The notes: generated by a model not told the origin, from the letters alone. Shown: positions 31,637 to 42,104, numbered from the stretch's first letter. The stretch: DNA of 64,000 nucleotides from a virus (IMGVR_UViG_3300046820_001896), one strand, 5' to 3'. Program-made: numbers and translations.

Positions 31637-31783
31637 CTACATCTTTCCGTATTTGGAATTTACTTGTTTTATTCTATCATTTTCTTCTTTAACATATTCA
31701 ACTAACATAGCAACGTAAACTTCTCTCTCCCATGGCAACATCTCGTTCAATTCAGTCAAACTATACTTGTGATGTTGCATCAT
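31637..31783 (-). CDS. hypothetical small protein (48 aa)
   Basis: The in-frame Met at 31783 has RBS gaggt. The longer ORF-track form overlaps the upstream gene. Confidence 0.45.
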   Translation of the reverse strand: MMQHHKYSLTELNEMLPWEREVYVAMLVEYVKEENDRIKQVNSKYGKM

Positions 31784-31830
31784 AATGAAATTACCTCGAT
31801 AATGGTTAGCGAGGTCGTCATGTGAGAGAG

Positions 31831-32541
31831 CTATGCGAAAAAATGCTGCAAACCTTCGACAGTGATGTCGTTGTCTGAGCCACATTTCTCACATTTAAAA
31901 CTAACCTGATGGGATAGTTTTGGAATCGATACGAAGAATTCTTGGATCTTAGCAAACTGCTGAGAGTTTAATGAATCAATAAATTCTTCAATATCTTTTT
32001 TCTGCATATCTTTTGCTTGATAAACGTTCTCTGTATCAAAGATTGATTCTACACAAGCAGTAATAATATTAAATGTTGTCTTAATATCACTTGAATCAGA
32101 GGACATAGTCTTAGACACATCTTCTGAGTTTGGATATTTAAGTGTAATACCAACTGTATCTGTCAACATAATCTTTGGATCAACTTTCTCACCAAATTTA
32201 ATCTCAACATCATTCAAGTTGATAGTAACATTATTAGTAGTTTTACATTCTCCGCACTCATAACCAACCGTAGATGTTTCACCTACAGATTTAGCACGAA
32301 GCTTTAAGAATAATAATTCTAATTCAGATGTTGGTAATGCTTTGATGTTTAGTTCACCAAATGTACATGTACCAATAACTTCTTGAATTGTCTTAAGGAT
32401 ATGTTTTTGATCCTTAGACTCTAACGCCATCATTAATAGTTTTTCTTCCTTAACTAAGTAAGGACGATATGAAACCGTTTTCTTTGAAATCGGCAATTCA
32501 ACTTCATATTTCGGTGTGTTTAAAATAATAGGTAAAGACAT
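31831..32541 (-). CDS. tail-assembly-associated protein with two CxxC pairs (236 aa)
   Basis: The ATG at 32541 is preceded by ggag. CGECK...CEKCG zinc-ribbon-like pairs. Position between the tube-fold gene and the tape measure suggests a chaperone or assembly role. Confidence 0.55.
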   Translation of the reverse strand: MSLPIILNTPKYEVELPISKKTVSYRPYLVKEEKLLMMALESKDQKHILKTIQEVIGTCTFGELNIKALPTSELELLFLKLRAKSVGETSTVGYECGECKTTNNVTINLNDVEIKFGEKVDPKIMLTDTVGITLKYPNSEDVSKTMSSDSSDIKTTFNIITACVESIFDTENVYQAKDMQKKDIEEFIDSLNSQQFAKIQEFFVSIPKLSHQVSFKCEKCGSDNDITVEGLQHFFA

Positions 32542-32559
32542 AATATACTCCAATAAAAA

Positions 32560-33210
32560 TTAAAAACCAAATGTTTTTCCAACTGATCCAAGAAGCACTT
32601 TGCCTTTGGATAGAATAGATTCTACAAAACCCTCTTCATACCAATCATCGTACGCTAGGGTAATTTGCATACGTTGTGTTTGATTCTCACCGCTATTAGT
32701 TACTTCATAACCTGCAATAGTAGTAGGAAATGCATTGCGTAATGTACATGTGTAAACAGGAACATCGCGTTGATCCAATTGCTGGATAATAACATCCGTA
32801 GCATATTGAGACTTATATTTAATTGTCATCGAACGACGGTCAACGATCTGATTAAACCACTTTTCGAAATACTTTTTCATAAAGTGGTCATTTGTAATAT
32901 GGAATGAGAATGTAACATCATCATTCATATATGTGTATGGCATCTTTACAGCCAATAAGTTATTCTGTAAATCATTAGTTGCAATTTGGCGACCTGGCAT
33001 TGTCACTGAATCACACAAAATTGATACATCTCGTGGATCATTGATACCCAATAAACCACCACCAGTGTTTGCGCCTTGGTCAAATACTTTTGCAATTAGA
33101 TCTTGTGGATCAAAACTAATTAATGGCAATGCCATGTAGACTGCAAAACGGTTTTGCGGAGCTAGTCCACCGCGTTTGCTAATTACTGATTTAAACTTGT
33201 CGATTTGCAT
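32560..33210 (-). CDS. T4 gp19-fold tail tube family protein (tube or tube-baseplate junction, gp48/gp54-like)
   Basis: N-terminal RGGLAPQNRFAVYM (T4 gp19 FARPNLFQVEI) and C-terminal MQITLAYDDWYEE (gp19 FEVTLALDYWE). Confidence 0.65.
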   Translation of the reverse strand: MQIDKFKSVISKRGGLAPQNRFAVYMALPLISFDPQDLIAKVFDQGANTGGGLLGINDPRDVSILCDSVTMPGRQIATNDLQNNLLAVKMPYTYMNDDVTFSFHITNDHFMKKYFEKWFNQIVDRRSMTIKYKSQYATDVIIQQLDQRDVPVYTCTLRNAFPTTIAGYEVTNSGENQTQRMQITLAYDDWYEEGFVESILSKGKVLLGSVGKTFGF

Positions 33211-33812
33211 TATGCTCTGTATCCTGTAACCATTTGTTTAGATTCTCTCCAAACTTTGGTCTTATTTGCACCAACGAACTTTTCAGTTGGTAAAAAGATG
33301 GCAATTTCCCATTCAGATGAAGGAATTAACATAATCCTAGAATCGACTTGGGAGAACAAGTATTTTTTAAAGCACGGTCTAAACCATCTAAACTTTGCTG
33401 CAGAATTTAAGATATTATAATTAATTTTAAACTTTGTAGTCTCGTCATAATTGTCATTATTATTGGTTAACATTAAATTATCCAATAAACGAGCTCGTGG
33501 TGCTGGAGCAATATAATGTAAATTCATGCCATAGAATCCGCCTTCTGCAGGCGCTACGGCAACGATCAAAGGAAAACGGTCAAAATATGGTAATGTATCT
33601 TTATTCAATGCATCATAAATGAAATGATACATGAAACCTGGTCTGAATTTTGTTTTTCTGATGAAGTGTGGATCTTTTAGGAATTGCAACGAATTGATGT
33701 TGCCCTTAAGACTTTTTACCTTCTCGCCAAACCATTTTTTAGATGCATTAGAACGTTCAGGCACTGTCATGCCTTTGCGCATCTTGTCGAATAAACTTGT
33801 TGTTGTAGCCAT
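33210..33812 (-). CDS. conserved virion-associated protein, possibly T4 gp2-like DNA end protector
   Basis: Lies next to the gp4 homologue as gene 2 does in T4. The motif YFDRFPLIVAV...GFYGMNLHYI is recalled as gp2-like, with low certainty. Confidence 0.35.
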   Translation of the reverse strand: MATTTSLFDKMRKGMTVPERSNASKKWFGEKVKSLKGNINSLQFLKDPHFIRKTKFRPGFMYHFIYDALNKDTLPYFDRFPLIVAVAPAEGGFYGMNLHYIAPAPRARLLDNLMLTNNNDNYDETTKFKINYNILNSAAKFRWFRPCFKKYLFSQVDSRIMLIPSSEWEIAIFLPTEKFVGANKTKVWRESKQMVTGYRA

Positions 33813-33820
33813 ACTTCTAT

Positions 33821-34264
33821 TTATGTAAGTAATCTGATGCCCATGGATTTAATTGTGTCTTCAGTCCAAATAACAAATTGCCAATTACGGTCATTTGCGT
33901 AGTCTGTAGCAGCTTTCCATTTGCATTGATTTTTAACGAATGTTCTAGCTTCCTCTAAATACTTTTTGGTTTGTCTAGAAGGTTTCTTTGGAGGTAGTGT
34001 TTGAGACTTTGGTTTAATCTCTACTAGGAATGTGCCTTGGGCAGTAGTGTACTTGACATCAACAAAGTATCGATGCCATTTTTTATCTAGTGGGAGATAA
34101 TAAGGCACAACTATCTCCTCAGAACTCCATTTAAGGACCTGATCATTTGAGTCGCACCATCGAAATACTTGCATCTCCCAATGGGATCTGTAGACGACAT
34201 TCTTAAAATCGCCATCATATTTCGCAGGGTTCTTCACCCTATAAAAACCTTTGTAAGTTGCCAT
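33821..34264 (-). CDS. gp4: T4 gp4-like head completion protein
   Basis: YKGFYRVKNPAKYDGDFKNVVYRSHWEMQVFRWCD...KWSSEEIVVPY...HRYFVD...LVEIKPK parallels T4 gp4 as recalled. Diverges from a gp53 homologue as in T4. Confidence 0.65.
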   Translation of the reverse strand: MATYKGFYRVKNPAKYDGDFKNVVYRSHWEMQVFRWCDSNDQVLKWSSEEIVVPYYLPLDKKWHRYFVDVKYTTAQGTFLVEIKPKSQTLPPKKPSRQTKKYLEEARTFVKNQCKWKAATDYANDRNWQFVIWTEDTIKSMGIRLLT

Positions 34265-34271
34265 ATAAATA
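34264..34271 (+). promoter_or_regulatory. T4-type late promoter motif TATAAATA
   Basis: Exact TATAAATA 34 nt upstream of the ATG at 34305, in the 40-nt divergent gap. Confidence 0.55.
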
Positions 34272-34304
34272 CTAGAAAGAGAAATTTCACCTTATAGGGT
34301 ATCT

Positions 34305-35204
34305 ATGGCAATTCTTACAGATCTAGTTGGCAGTGTAAAGTCAACAATTACTAAAATTTTAGGTGTCGACCTATTCACAAATCCATTTGGAGCTCAGGTA
34401 AGTTACCGATATCCTCTTGGAGACGTGGCAAAATATGAGAACGTTATTAAGTTTTCAGCTTTAGCTCGTGTGAAGAAAAGCAGTGTAGTAGATGTGCGAG
34501 TTCCTAAGCTAGCTGAAAAGCCATTAGGAAGTGTTACACTATACATGCCAGCTGGTGTTTCAGTTAATGATAACTTATCATACGATAATGCTGATACAGG
34601 TCTTGGCGGTATGGCACTTAATGCAGCAGGTTCATCAGCAAACCCTGGTGAATTTATTGATAAAGTAAAAGAAAACGCTAAACCACTTGCTCAAACAGCA
34701 GTTATTGCTGGTCTAAGCAGATTATCCCAAGAAAAAGGTTTAGGCGGTGCAGCTCAACAAGCACAAATTAATGCTGGTGTTGTTGCTAACCCTCACACTC
34801 AAATGTTGTTTAAGACTCCTGCGCTTAGACAGTTTACATATAGTTTTAAGATGATCCCTCGTTCACAAGCAGAAGCTCGTGAAATTATTAAGATTGTACA
34901 ATTTTTCCGTATTGCTGCATATCCAGAACTTGGTGGCGGTGGTGGTGATACTAGTGGAGAAGGTACTCTTGAAATGGCAACGTTCAAGTTCCCAGATATT
35001 TTCGAAATCACTTATTTAAATAGAGGTGTTGAAAACGAAAATATGATTGCTGTTATGAATTCATATCTTACTTCTGTTACTGTAACATATAACACAAATA
35101 GTCCAACATTCCATAAAGATGGTATGCCAGCTGAAGTTGATTTACAGCTTACATTCCAAGAATCTAAAGCACTCAACAGAGCGCTTATCAAAAAAGGTTA
35201 CTAA
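34305..35204 (+). CDS. baseplate/tail-tube junction protein (gp48/gp54-like, tentative)
   Basis: 299-aa late ORF at the head of the baseplate operon. The call rests on position and a beta-rich sequence only. Confidence 0.4.
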   Translation: MAILTDLVGSVKSTITKILGVDLFTNPFGAQVSYRYPLGDVAKYENVIKFSALARVKKSSVVDVRVPKLAEKPLGSVTLYMPAGVSVNDNLSYDNADTGLGGMALNAAGSSANPGEFIDKVKENAKPLAQTAVIAGLSRLSQEKGLGGAAQQAQINAGVVANPHTQMLFKTPALRQFTYSFKMIPRSQAEAREIIKIVQFFRIAAYPELGGGGGDTSGEGTLEMATFKFPDIFEITYLNRGVENENMIAVMNSYLTSVTVTYNTNSPTFHKDGMPAEVDLQLTFQESKALNRALIKKGY

Positions 35205-35205
35205 A

Positions 35206-35922
35206 ATGTCAGTGTATTTCCAAGGTTTTCCTACAATTCAATATGACGTCGATGATGATAGACACTTCATCGAAGTCACTGATATTTTTAGAACTGTTAG
35301 ACCAAAGCAATCATTAAAAGATGATCTGTTATTGTATAGCAAATATACAATTAAAGACGGAGAACGTCCAGATCATGTTTCGCAAAAGCTTTATGGTTCT
35401 ATTGATTATTATTGGACATTCTTTATGGTTAACGAGAAGTTAGTTAACTACCACACAGATTGGCCATTATCACGTCAAGAATTAGAAGATCATATTGCAT
35501 TGAAATATGATGGATATGCACTAACAGTTGATAGCGACATATCTACTTTATTCACTAAAAATGAAACAATCCAAGGTTTAGTATCTGGTGCAACTGCAAC
35601 AATAACTCAAAAAGATTGCAATACAGATACTATTCGAATACTTAATGTAGTTGGTCAATTTAGAGCTAATGAATTAATTAGAGGATTGACAAGCAACGAT
35701 ACAGTTCAAATTACGGGTCAAATTCCATTCTATGATGCAACTCATCATTATGAAGGACCGAATTCTACAATTACAGATAAAGCTCATGGAATTCCAATAA
35801 CAAATTCAGAATACGAATTCAACTTGAATGAAGAAAAAACTGAAATTAAAGTTATTCGACCACAATACATAATGCGTGTATCTGAGCAATTCTTCCAACA
35901 AATTAATCCGACAGCAGAATAA
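35206..35922 (+). CDS. gp53: T4 gp53-like baseplate wedge protein
   Basis: VTDIFR...YTIKDGERPDHVSQKLYGSIDYYWTFFMVNE...W parallels T4 gp53 MTDIFR...YYIKGSPRPEELANAIYGNPQLYWVLLMCND. ATG at 35206. Confidence 0.65.
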   Translation: MSVYFQGFPTIQYDVDDDRHFIEVTDIFRTVRPKQSLKDDLLLYSKYTIKDGERPDHVSQKLYGSIDYYWTFFMVNEKLVNYHTDWPLSRQELEDHIALKYDGYALTVDSDISTLFTKNETIQGLVSGATATITQKDCNTDTIRILNVVGQFRANELIRGLTSNDTVQITGQIPFYDATHHYEGPNSTITDKAHGIPITNSEYEFNLNEEKTEIKVIRPQYIMRVSEQFFQQINPTAE

Positions 35923-37181
35923 TGGCAGCATTAGGTAAATTAGACTATTCGATAGATGAAGCAACACTGACTTCGTCTACTGGTGAAGTATTCAAATTTA
36001 AAGATTTGATTAGTGGTATAGACATATATGAATCATTATTATCTCCATATATTAAAGTGGATTTAACAATTGGTGATGCCGCAAACTTATTTGAAACTGC
36101 TCCAATTATTGGACAAGAAAAAGTTGAATTGACTATCACTGAAGGTCCACATAAAATTACTAGAACATTTTATGTTGCTGGTATGTCAAACTTTATCAAA
36201 GGCAATAATCAAGCCACAATGTATGTGTTGAAATTGATTACGCCTGAACAAATGATGAATAGTTTGTTATTGGTTTCGCAATCATTTAGCGGTACTATCG
36301 ATCAATCTATCGAACAAATTGTAAAAGATTATTTAAAAAGTAAAATTGCCAATAAAGAACAATCTGCTGGTAATTACAGCGTTGTCATTCCAAATTGGAA
36401 TCCATTTCAAGCTATCGATTGGTTAGCTCGTAGAGCAATGACTGCAAAGAAAATGCCATTTGCTTTTTATGAAACATGGAAAGATGGTTTTCAGTTTGAA
36501 TCATATGAATCTATGTTCAAAAAGAAAGTGTACAATAAATTTGTTCATAAAGGTGGTACAACTGCAGAGAGTGATGCTGAAAACCAAGCTGCATCATATA
36601 ACGTTGCATTTGAATATGATTTAGCAGACTATGCTAATACGCATAAAAATACATTACGTGGAACGTTTGGTTCTGGTATGTGGGTAATTGATATTGCAAC
36701 TAAGACATATAAGTTTGTTCAATATAATTATGAAAAAGATTTTGATAAAAAAGATCATTTAGATAAAAAAGCTTTCGTTAACCCAGATTTTAAAGTAAAT
36801 GGTAAAAAAATATCTGAATACGATTCTATTCATCATGTAGTTAATAAAAATACAAAAGCATTTGGTGAAAAAGCTACTAATAATTATAACAATGAAGCAG
36901 AATACACAAAACTTGAAGGCGATCCATTCATTTATCAACTAACATTAAACAAAATGAACTTAGCTGTTCGTGGAAGATGTGATTTAAGCCCAGGTAAGAT
37001 TATTGATTTTGCTGTAGATAGAGCTAAACCTTCTGTATATGGTAATACTAAAGATGAGAACGAATATATTTCTGGCAAGTATCTTGTATTAAATACTCAC
37101 CACAAATTAGCATCTGGTAAATTTGTAACTATTTTTGATGCTGTTCGTGATTCTCTTGGTAAGAAAGTGAAAAAAGCATAA
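35922..37181 (+). CDS. baseplate hub protein (gp27-like, tentative)
   Basis: 419 aa (T4 gp27 is about 390), immediately upstream of and start/stop-coupled to the gp5 homologue. Confidence 0.45.
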   Translation: MAALGKLDYSIDEATLTSSTGEVFKFKDLISGIDIYESLLSPYIKVDLTIGDAANLFETAPIIGQEKVELTITEGPHKITRTFYVAGMSNFIKGNNQATMYVLKLITPEQMMNSLLLVSQSFSGTIDQSIEQIVKDYLKSKIANKEQSAGNYSVVIPNWNPFQAIDWLARRAMTAKKMPFAFYETWKDGFQFESYESMFKKKVYNKFVHKGGTTAESDAENQAASYNVAFEYDLADYANTHKNTLRGTFGSGMWVIDIATKTYKFVQYNYEKDFDKKDHLDKKAFVNPDFKVNGKKISEYDSIHHVVNKNTKAFGEKATNNYNNEAEYTKLEGDPFIYQLTLNKMNLAVRGRCDLSPGKIIDFAVDRAKPSVYGNTKDENEYISGKYLVLNTHHKLASGKFVTIFDAVRDSLGKKVKKA

Positions 37182-38422
37182 TGAAAAACTATATGAATTG
37201 GTGGACTGGTGTTGTAGAAGATCGCGCAGATCCACAAGAATTGGGTCGTGTGCGTGTTCGTATTTTTGGACATCATACCGATGATATTGATAAAATTAAA
37301 TTAGGTGATTTGCCATGGGCTCATGTGATGATGCCTACTACATCTGCATCTATTTCAGGTTTAGGTTGGTCACCGACAGGTTTAGTTGAAGGTTCATGGG
37401 TTGTTGGTTTCTTCGCTGACGGAGAAAATTGCCAAGATCCTATTGTGTTAGGTTCTATTCATGGATATCCAACTCAACCAGGTGAAGAGAAAAAAGCTTT
37501 TAAGGATTACACAGGTGCATATCCTCGTTGGTTAAATGACACCGATGTATCATATACTGCGCGTGGAAAATGGAAAGAACACCAATCGTATTTTGCAAGA
37601 TATGGTGAAATGGTTAAAGGCATTGAGCAATCAACAAAGCCCACATTAAAAACTGTTGATGCTGATGCAACTGATGAAGCACGTCAAACTTGGGATGAAC
37701 CAGAACCAAGACGTGGAGTTCCAGGAGCATATCCGTTTATTCATACTTACGAATCTGAATCTGGAATTGTCAGAGAAATAGATGATACTAATGCTGCTTC
37801 GCGTATTACTGAATATCATCCAGCTGGCACATTTTATGAAATTTTACCAGATGGCGATAAAGTAACTAAAGTTTCAGGTGATAATTATGAAATTATTATT
37901 GCATCTGATAATATTTTAGTTCGTGGCACTAGAACAACTACTATTGAAGGTGATTGTCGTCATCTTGTAAAAGGTGATTACATCGTCGAAGTAATGGGCG
38001 ATTATAATTTAAAAGTGCATGGTAATAGAAATACTAAAGTTACTTTAAATGATAATATGGAAGTAGTAGGTAATTATAACTTAAACGTTGCTGAAGATTT
38101 TTTAACACGTGTTGGTAAAAACCAAACATTATTAATTGACGTTGATAAAACTGAAAGTATTGGTGGAAAATCTACATTAACTGTAACTGGTACAGTTGAT
38201 TTGGTGCTTTTAGATACGTATAGTATGTTCTCTAATGGAGCACAACAAATATCAACAAATTCTACACAACAATTTTTATCAAAAGATGGATTAAATATTG
38301 GATCTGAAGCTGCAACAGTTGTTAAGTGTAATTCAAATATGACTTATGAAGTTTCTGGAACATTCAATATTAATGCTGGTCCAACATTCCAAGTTTTAGC
38401 AGATAAGATAGAGTTGAACTAA
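37181..38422 (+). CDS. gp5: T4 gp5-like central spike protein lacking the lysozyme domain
   Basis: N-terminal NWWTGVVEDRADPQELGRVRVRIFGHH (T4 NWFVGVVEDRMDPLKLGRVRVRVVGLH). C-terminal YPFIHTYESESGIVREIDDT...YHPAGTFYEI plus beta-helix repeats (T4 YPYVHTMETESGHIQEFDDT). No lysozyme segment between them. Confidence 0.88.
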   Translation: MKNYMNWWTGVVEDRADPQELGRVRVRIFGHHTDDIDKIKLGDLPWAHVMMPTTSASISGLGWSPTGLVEGSWVVGFFADGENCQDPIVLGSIHGYPTQPGEEKKAFKDYTGAYPRWLNDTDVSYTARGKWKEHQSYFARYGEMVKGIEQSTKPTLKTVDADATDEARQTWDEPEPRRGVPGAYPFIHTYESESGIVREIDDTNAASRITEYHPAGTFYEILPDGDKVTKVSGDNYEIIIASDNILVRGTRTTTIEGDCRHLVKGDYIVEVMGDYNLKVHGNRNTKVTLNDNMEVVGNYNLNVAEDFLTRVGKNQTLLIDVDKTESIGGKSTLTVTGTVDLVLLDTYSMFSNGAQQISTNSTQQFLSKDGLNIGSEAATVVKCNSNMTYEVSGTFNINAGPTFQVLADKIELN

Positions 38423-38423
38423 T

Positions 38424-39713
38424 ATGACAAATAAAGTTTGTGGTGTAAATGCCGCTTTAGATGAAGCAAAAGCAGGAATTAATTCTTTAAAAGATAAAAT
38501 TTCTGGTGGATTAGACTCGATTGGAGATTTAGGTGGTTTAGCAACTACTATTAAAAATAAACTTGCTGAGGTAAATGTACCTCAACTTCCAACAATAAAT
38601 CTTCAAGCAGAATTAGCTAATTTACCTAAATTAACTCCTGAAGAATATGCAGCCAAAGTAGCTGAATTAAAAAAAGCTTTTGGAGATGCAGTTCCAAATT
38701 TAGATAATATTATTTCTAAAATTCCTAAACCAGCAGGCGTGGATGGAGTTGGCCAAAAAGATATTTTTGCAGATTTAAAAGCTTTAGCTGGTGATGTTGG
38801 TGCTGCTGTTAGAAAGGCACAAGAAGAACTCGCAAACTTAAGCATTGATTCTGTTGTTGCTGATGTATGTAAAGAAGTACCAAACGTAGAAGTAGTTACT
38901 ACTACTGAAACTGTTAAAATTGCTGATCCAAAAACTGGTAAAGAAACTAAAGTTGAAGTTCCTGTAACATCTCCACCAGTTGAAAAAGCAAAACCACCTA
39001 CAACACCAAAAGAAAATCCTAAAAAAGAAATACCACCTTCAGAACCTCCTGCAAAAGGTTTTACTTTTAATTTTACAAGAGAAAAATTAATTGCTGCAGG
39101 TGGAAAAGAAGCAGGACCATGGTATGATGCTATGGTAGAAATGTTGCCAAAATATAACATCACAACTCCTGAAAGAGTTGCCGCATTTATTGGTAACGTA
39201 AGAGCTGAATCTACATGGACTAAGTTGTCTGAAAATTTAAATTATGGAGCTAAGTACTTATTTGAAAGATTAAATCCTGGACGTATTCGTTTTCCAACTT
39301 ATGAGGATGCTGTTAAAGTAGAAAGAAAACCAGAACCTATTGCTAACATAATTTATATGGTTGGTCGTAAATTGCTAGATCCACAACCAGGTGATGGTTG
39401 GAAATTTAGAGGGCGTGGATTGATTGGTTTAACCTTTAAAGATGAATATTTAAGAGCTTCTAAAGCAATCTATAATGATGATAGATTGGTACAAAATCCA
39501 GATTTAGTTGCAACTGATAGAACTACAGCAATCTTAACTGCATGTTATTTCTTTAAACGCAATAATATGAATCCATGGGCAGATAAACAAGATTGGGGAA
39601 ATTGTAGAAGTATCGTTAATGCTGGTTCTCCTGGTAAAGATCCTAAAATTATTCACGGATATGAGTCTGGAGTAAAATTTCAACAAGATGCATATAACGT
39701 TCTGAAAGGTTAA
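38424..39713 (+). CDS. tail-associated lysin: coiled/Pro-Lys linker plus C-terminal GH19-type muramidase domain
   Basis: C-terminal ERVAAFIGNVRAESTWTKLSENLNYGAKYL...FRGRGLIGLTFKDEY is paralogous to the endolysin at 8104-8733. The linker is VTSPPVEKAKPPTTPKENPKKEIPPSEPP. Confidence 0.75.
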   Translation: MTNKVCGVNAALDEAKAGINSLKDKISGGLDSIGDLGGLATTIKNKLAEVNVPQLPTINLQAELANLPKLTPEEYAAKVAELKKAFGDAVPNLDNIISKIPKPAGVDGVGQKDIFADLKALAGDVGAAVRKAQEELANLSIDSVVADVCKEVPNVEVVTTTETVKIADPKTGKETKVEVPVTSPPVEKAKPPTTPKENPKKEIPPSEPPAKGFTFNFTREKLIAAGGKEAGPWYDAMVEMLPKYNITTPERVAAFIGNVRAESTWTKLSENLNYGAKYLFERLNPGRIRFPTYEDAVKVERKPEPIANIIYMVGRKLLDPQPGDGWKFRGRGLIGLTFKDEYLRASKAIYNDDRLVQNPDLVATDRTTAILTACYFFKRNNMNPWADKQDWGNCRSIVNAGSPGKDPKIIHGYESGVKFQQDAYNVLKG

Positions 39714-39724
39714 TAAATAGGATC

Positions 39725-40162
39725 ATGCGTACACAACATCCATCAGATTTATTAACACCAAAAGCTTCTATCGTAGCAAAAAGTTATGTTCACACTGATT
39801 TAGATTTGACTTTTACACCAAATCCAGTCACTGGCGATATTAATGCTATTAAAGATATTGAAGCTATTAAGCGTTCTGTTAAAAACTTAATCTTAACTAA
39901 CTTCCAAGAGCGTCCATTTCAACCTGAAATAGGTTCTGGAGTGCGTGGATTGCTATTTGAATTAGCAGATCCAATTACGATGCATGATATTAAGCAAGCA
40001 ATTGCTCGTACTATTAAAAACTTTGAACCAAGAGTTAACTTGATTGATGTATCGGTAAACGATGATTTTGATAATAATTCATATAATGTCGACATAACAT
40101 TTCAAATTATTGCTAATGAATTAATTGGCAATGCAACAATCATACTAGAGAGATTACGATAA
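39725..40162 (+). CDS. gp25: gp25-like baseplate wedge protein (GPW/gp25 family)
   Basis: 145 aa. IKRSVKNLILTNFQERPFQPEIGSGVRGLLFE is the conserved gp25/W core. Confidence 0.75.
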   Translation: MRTQHPSDLLTPKASIVAKSYVHTDLDLTFTPNPVTGDINAIKDIEAIKRSVKNLILTNFQERPFQPEIGSGVRGLLFELADPITMHDIKQAIARTIKNFEPRVNLIDVSVNDDFDNNSYNVDITFQIIANELIGNATIILERLR

Positions 40163-42090
40163 TGGCATCTAACCTAAGAGTTACTGAGTTAGATTTTTTC
40201 CAAATTAGAGAAAACTTCAAAACTTATCTAAAAGCTCAACAAGATAAAGGTAAATTCACCGACTATGACTTCGACGGGTCAGGTATGTCTGTGCTTTTAG
40301 ATATTTTAGCATATAATACTCACTACAATGCGGTGAATGCTAATATGGCACTTAATGAAGTGTTCTTAGATACTGCAGAACGTCGCAATAACGTTGTTTC
40401 TCTAGCTAAAATGATTAGTTATGTACCTCGTTCTGTTACAGCACCATTTTCATCAGTTGATATTGTAGTAAATTCTCCAACTGGTGCACCGGTATCATTA
40501 ACGTTAGATCGTGGTACAGTTTTTAATACTACTATTGATGATCAACAATATACGTTTGTTAATTTAGAAGGCATCACAATTACACCACAAGACGAAGTTA
40601 TTACCACAATTAGTGGTCAACAAACTTTGACTACTACGAACTATAACGTTTATCGTTTCCCAGAAGTAAAATTATACGAAGGCACTTTAACTAATATTGA
40701 ATATACTGTTGATTCATTTGATGAAGGATTCTATTTCCAAATTCCAGATGAAAAAGCTGATATCACAACTTTAGTAGTTAAAGTAAAAGCAAATTCTGCT
40801 TCAACAAGACAAGAAGTGTTTACACTGGCAACAGATTTTACTACTATTCGTGAAGACACAGCAGCATATTTCTTACAAGAAGGTCTTGATGGAAAATTTG
40901 AAGTATATTTTGGCGATGGTGTTACTGGTAAAGCATTAGAAGGCGGTAACGTAGTAACTTTAGAATGGTTAAGCACTAATGGTATTGCTGCAAATGGTGC
41001 TTCGGTATTCGTTTTAGCTGATACGATTTCAGGCAATTCAGATGTTGATGTTGCAACAATTAATAAAGCAACTGGCGGTGCTGAAAGAGAAGATCTAGCA
41101 TCTATCAAATTTAATGCTCCTTTATCATATTTGGCACAAAATAGAGTTGTTACAGCTGAAGACTATAAGTCAATGGTTGCTAATAACTATGGTGATGTTG
41201 AAACAGTAACTGTTTGGGGTGGTGAAGAGAATGATCCACCACAATATGGTAAAGCATATATCTGTATCAAACCTAAAACAGCGGCTGCGTTAAATGATGT
41301 TGAGAAAAAATTCATTATTGATAATATTTTAAGAACAAAAAATGTGGTTTCTATCACTCCAGTATTAGTAGATCCGCAATATACGTATTTGTTTTTCAAT
41401 GTTAATTTTAAATATAATCCAAACTTAACAGATTCGACTTCTGGACAATTAAAAACGATCGTAAATGACGTAATTGTCAATTATAATAACACAGATTTGA
41501 AAAAATTCGATGGAGTTTTCCGTCATTCTAAGATGACTCGTTTAATTGACTCGTCCGACGCTGGTATTTTAAGTTCTTCTGTGCGAGTATTCATGCAAAA
41601 GCGCTTACAACCTACTTTGGACGTGAAAAAACGCTATGAAATGCAATTTTCAGCTCCAATTGTGGGCGCAAGAAGCAATCCAAATGAACCTATCTTAAAA
41701 TCTAGCGGTTTTACACACAATGGAGTAACACAATACATCGAAGATCGTGTTTTATTAGCGGGAGAAGTAAATTCTCATGCTGATGAGAATGCAACGCATG
41801 TTTTACAAATGTATCGTATAGTAAACAACCAAAAAGTCATTTCAAACTCAGATGTTGGTTATATTAACGCTGATACAGGTTTAGTTGTATTAACTGGATT
41901 ACAGATTTCAGCTGTGCCAAACACATTTGTTAATTTTACAGCTATCCCAGCTTCTGATGATATTGCTCCTAAGCGTGAACAATTATTAGAAATTGATATT
42001 GCTCTTTGTACTGTAACTCCTACAATTGATACTATCGCAGTTGGTAGTTCAAATGCTGGTATCGGTTATACAACTACTAAGCGTAACTAA
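40162..42090 (+). CDS. gp6: gp6-like baseplate wedge protein (baseplate J family)
   Basis: 642 aa, start/stop-coupled to gp25. DFDGSGMSVLLDILAYNTHY near the N-terminus is typical of the J/gp6 family. Confidence 0.65.
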   Translation: MASNLRVTELDFFQIRENFKTYLKAQQDKGKFTDYDFDGSGMSVLLDILAYNTHYNAVNANMALNEVFLDTAERRNNVVSLAKMISYVPRSVTAPFSSVDIVVNSPTGAPVSLTLDRGTVFNTTIDDQQYTFVNLEGITITPQDEVITTISGQQTLTTTNYNVYRFPEVKLYEGTLTNIEYTVDSFDEGFYFQIPDEKADITTLVVKVKANSASTRQEVFTLATDFTTIREDTAAYFLQEGLDGKFEVYFGDGVTGKALEGGNVVTLEWLSTNGIAANGASVFVLADTISGNSDVDVATINKATGGAEREDLASIKFNAPLSYLAQNRVVTAEDYKSMVANNYGDVETVTVWGGEENDPPQYGKAYICIKPKTAAALNDVEKKFIIDNILRTKNVVSITPVLVDPQYTYLFFNVNFKYNPNLTDSTSGQLKTIVNDVIVNYNNTDLKKFDGVFRHSKMTRLIDSSDAGILSSSVRVFMQKRLQPTLDVKKRYEMQFSAPIVGARSNPNEPILKSSGFTHNGVTQYIEDRVLLAGEVNSHADENATHVLQMYRIVNNQKVISNSDVGYINADTGLVVLTGLQISAVPNTFVNFTAIPASDDIAPKREQLLEIDIALCTVTPTIDTIAVGSSNAGIGYTTTKRN

Positions 42091-42104
42091 TAAAGGTAAG
42101 AAGT

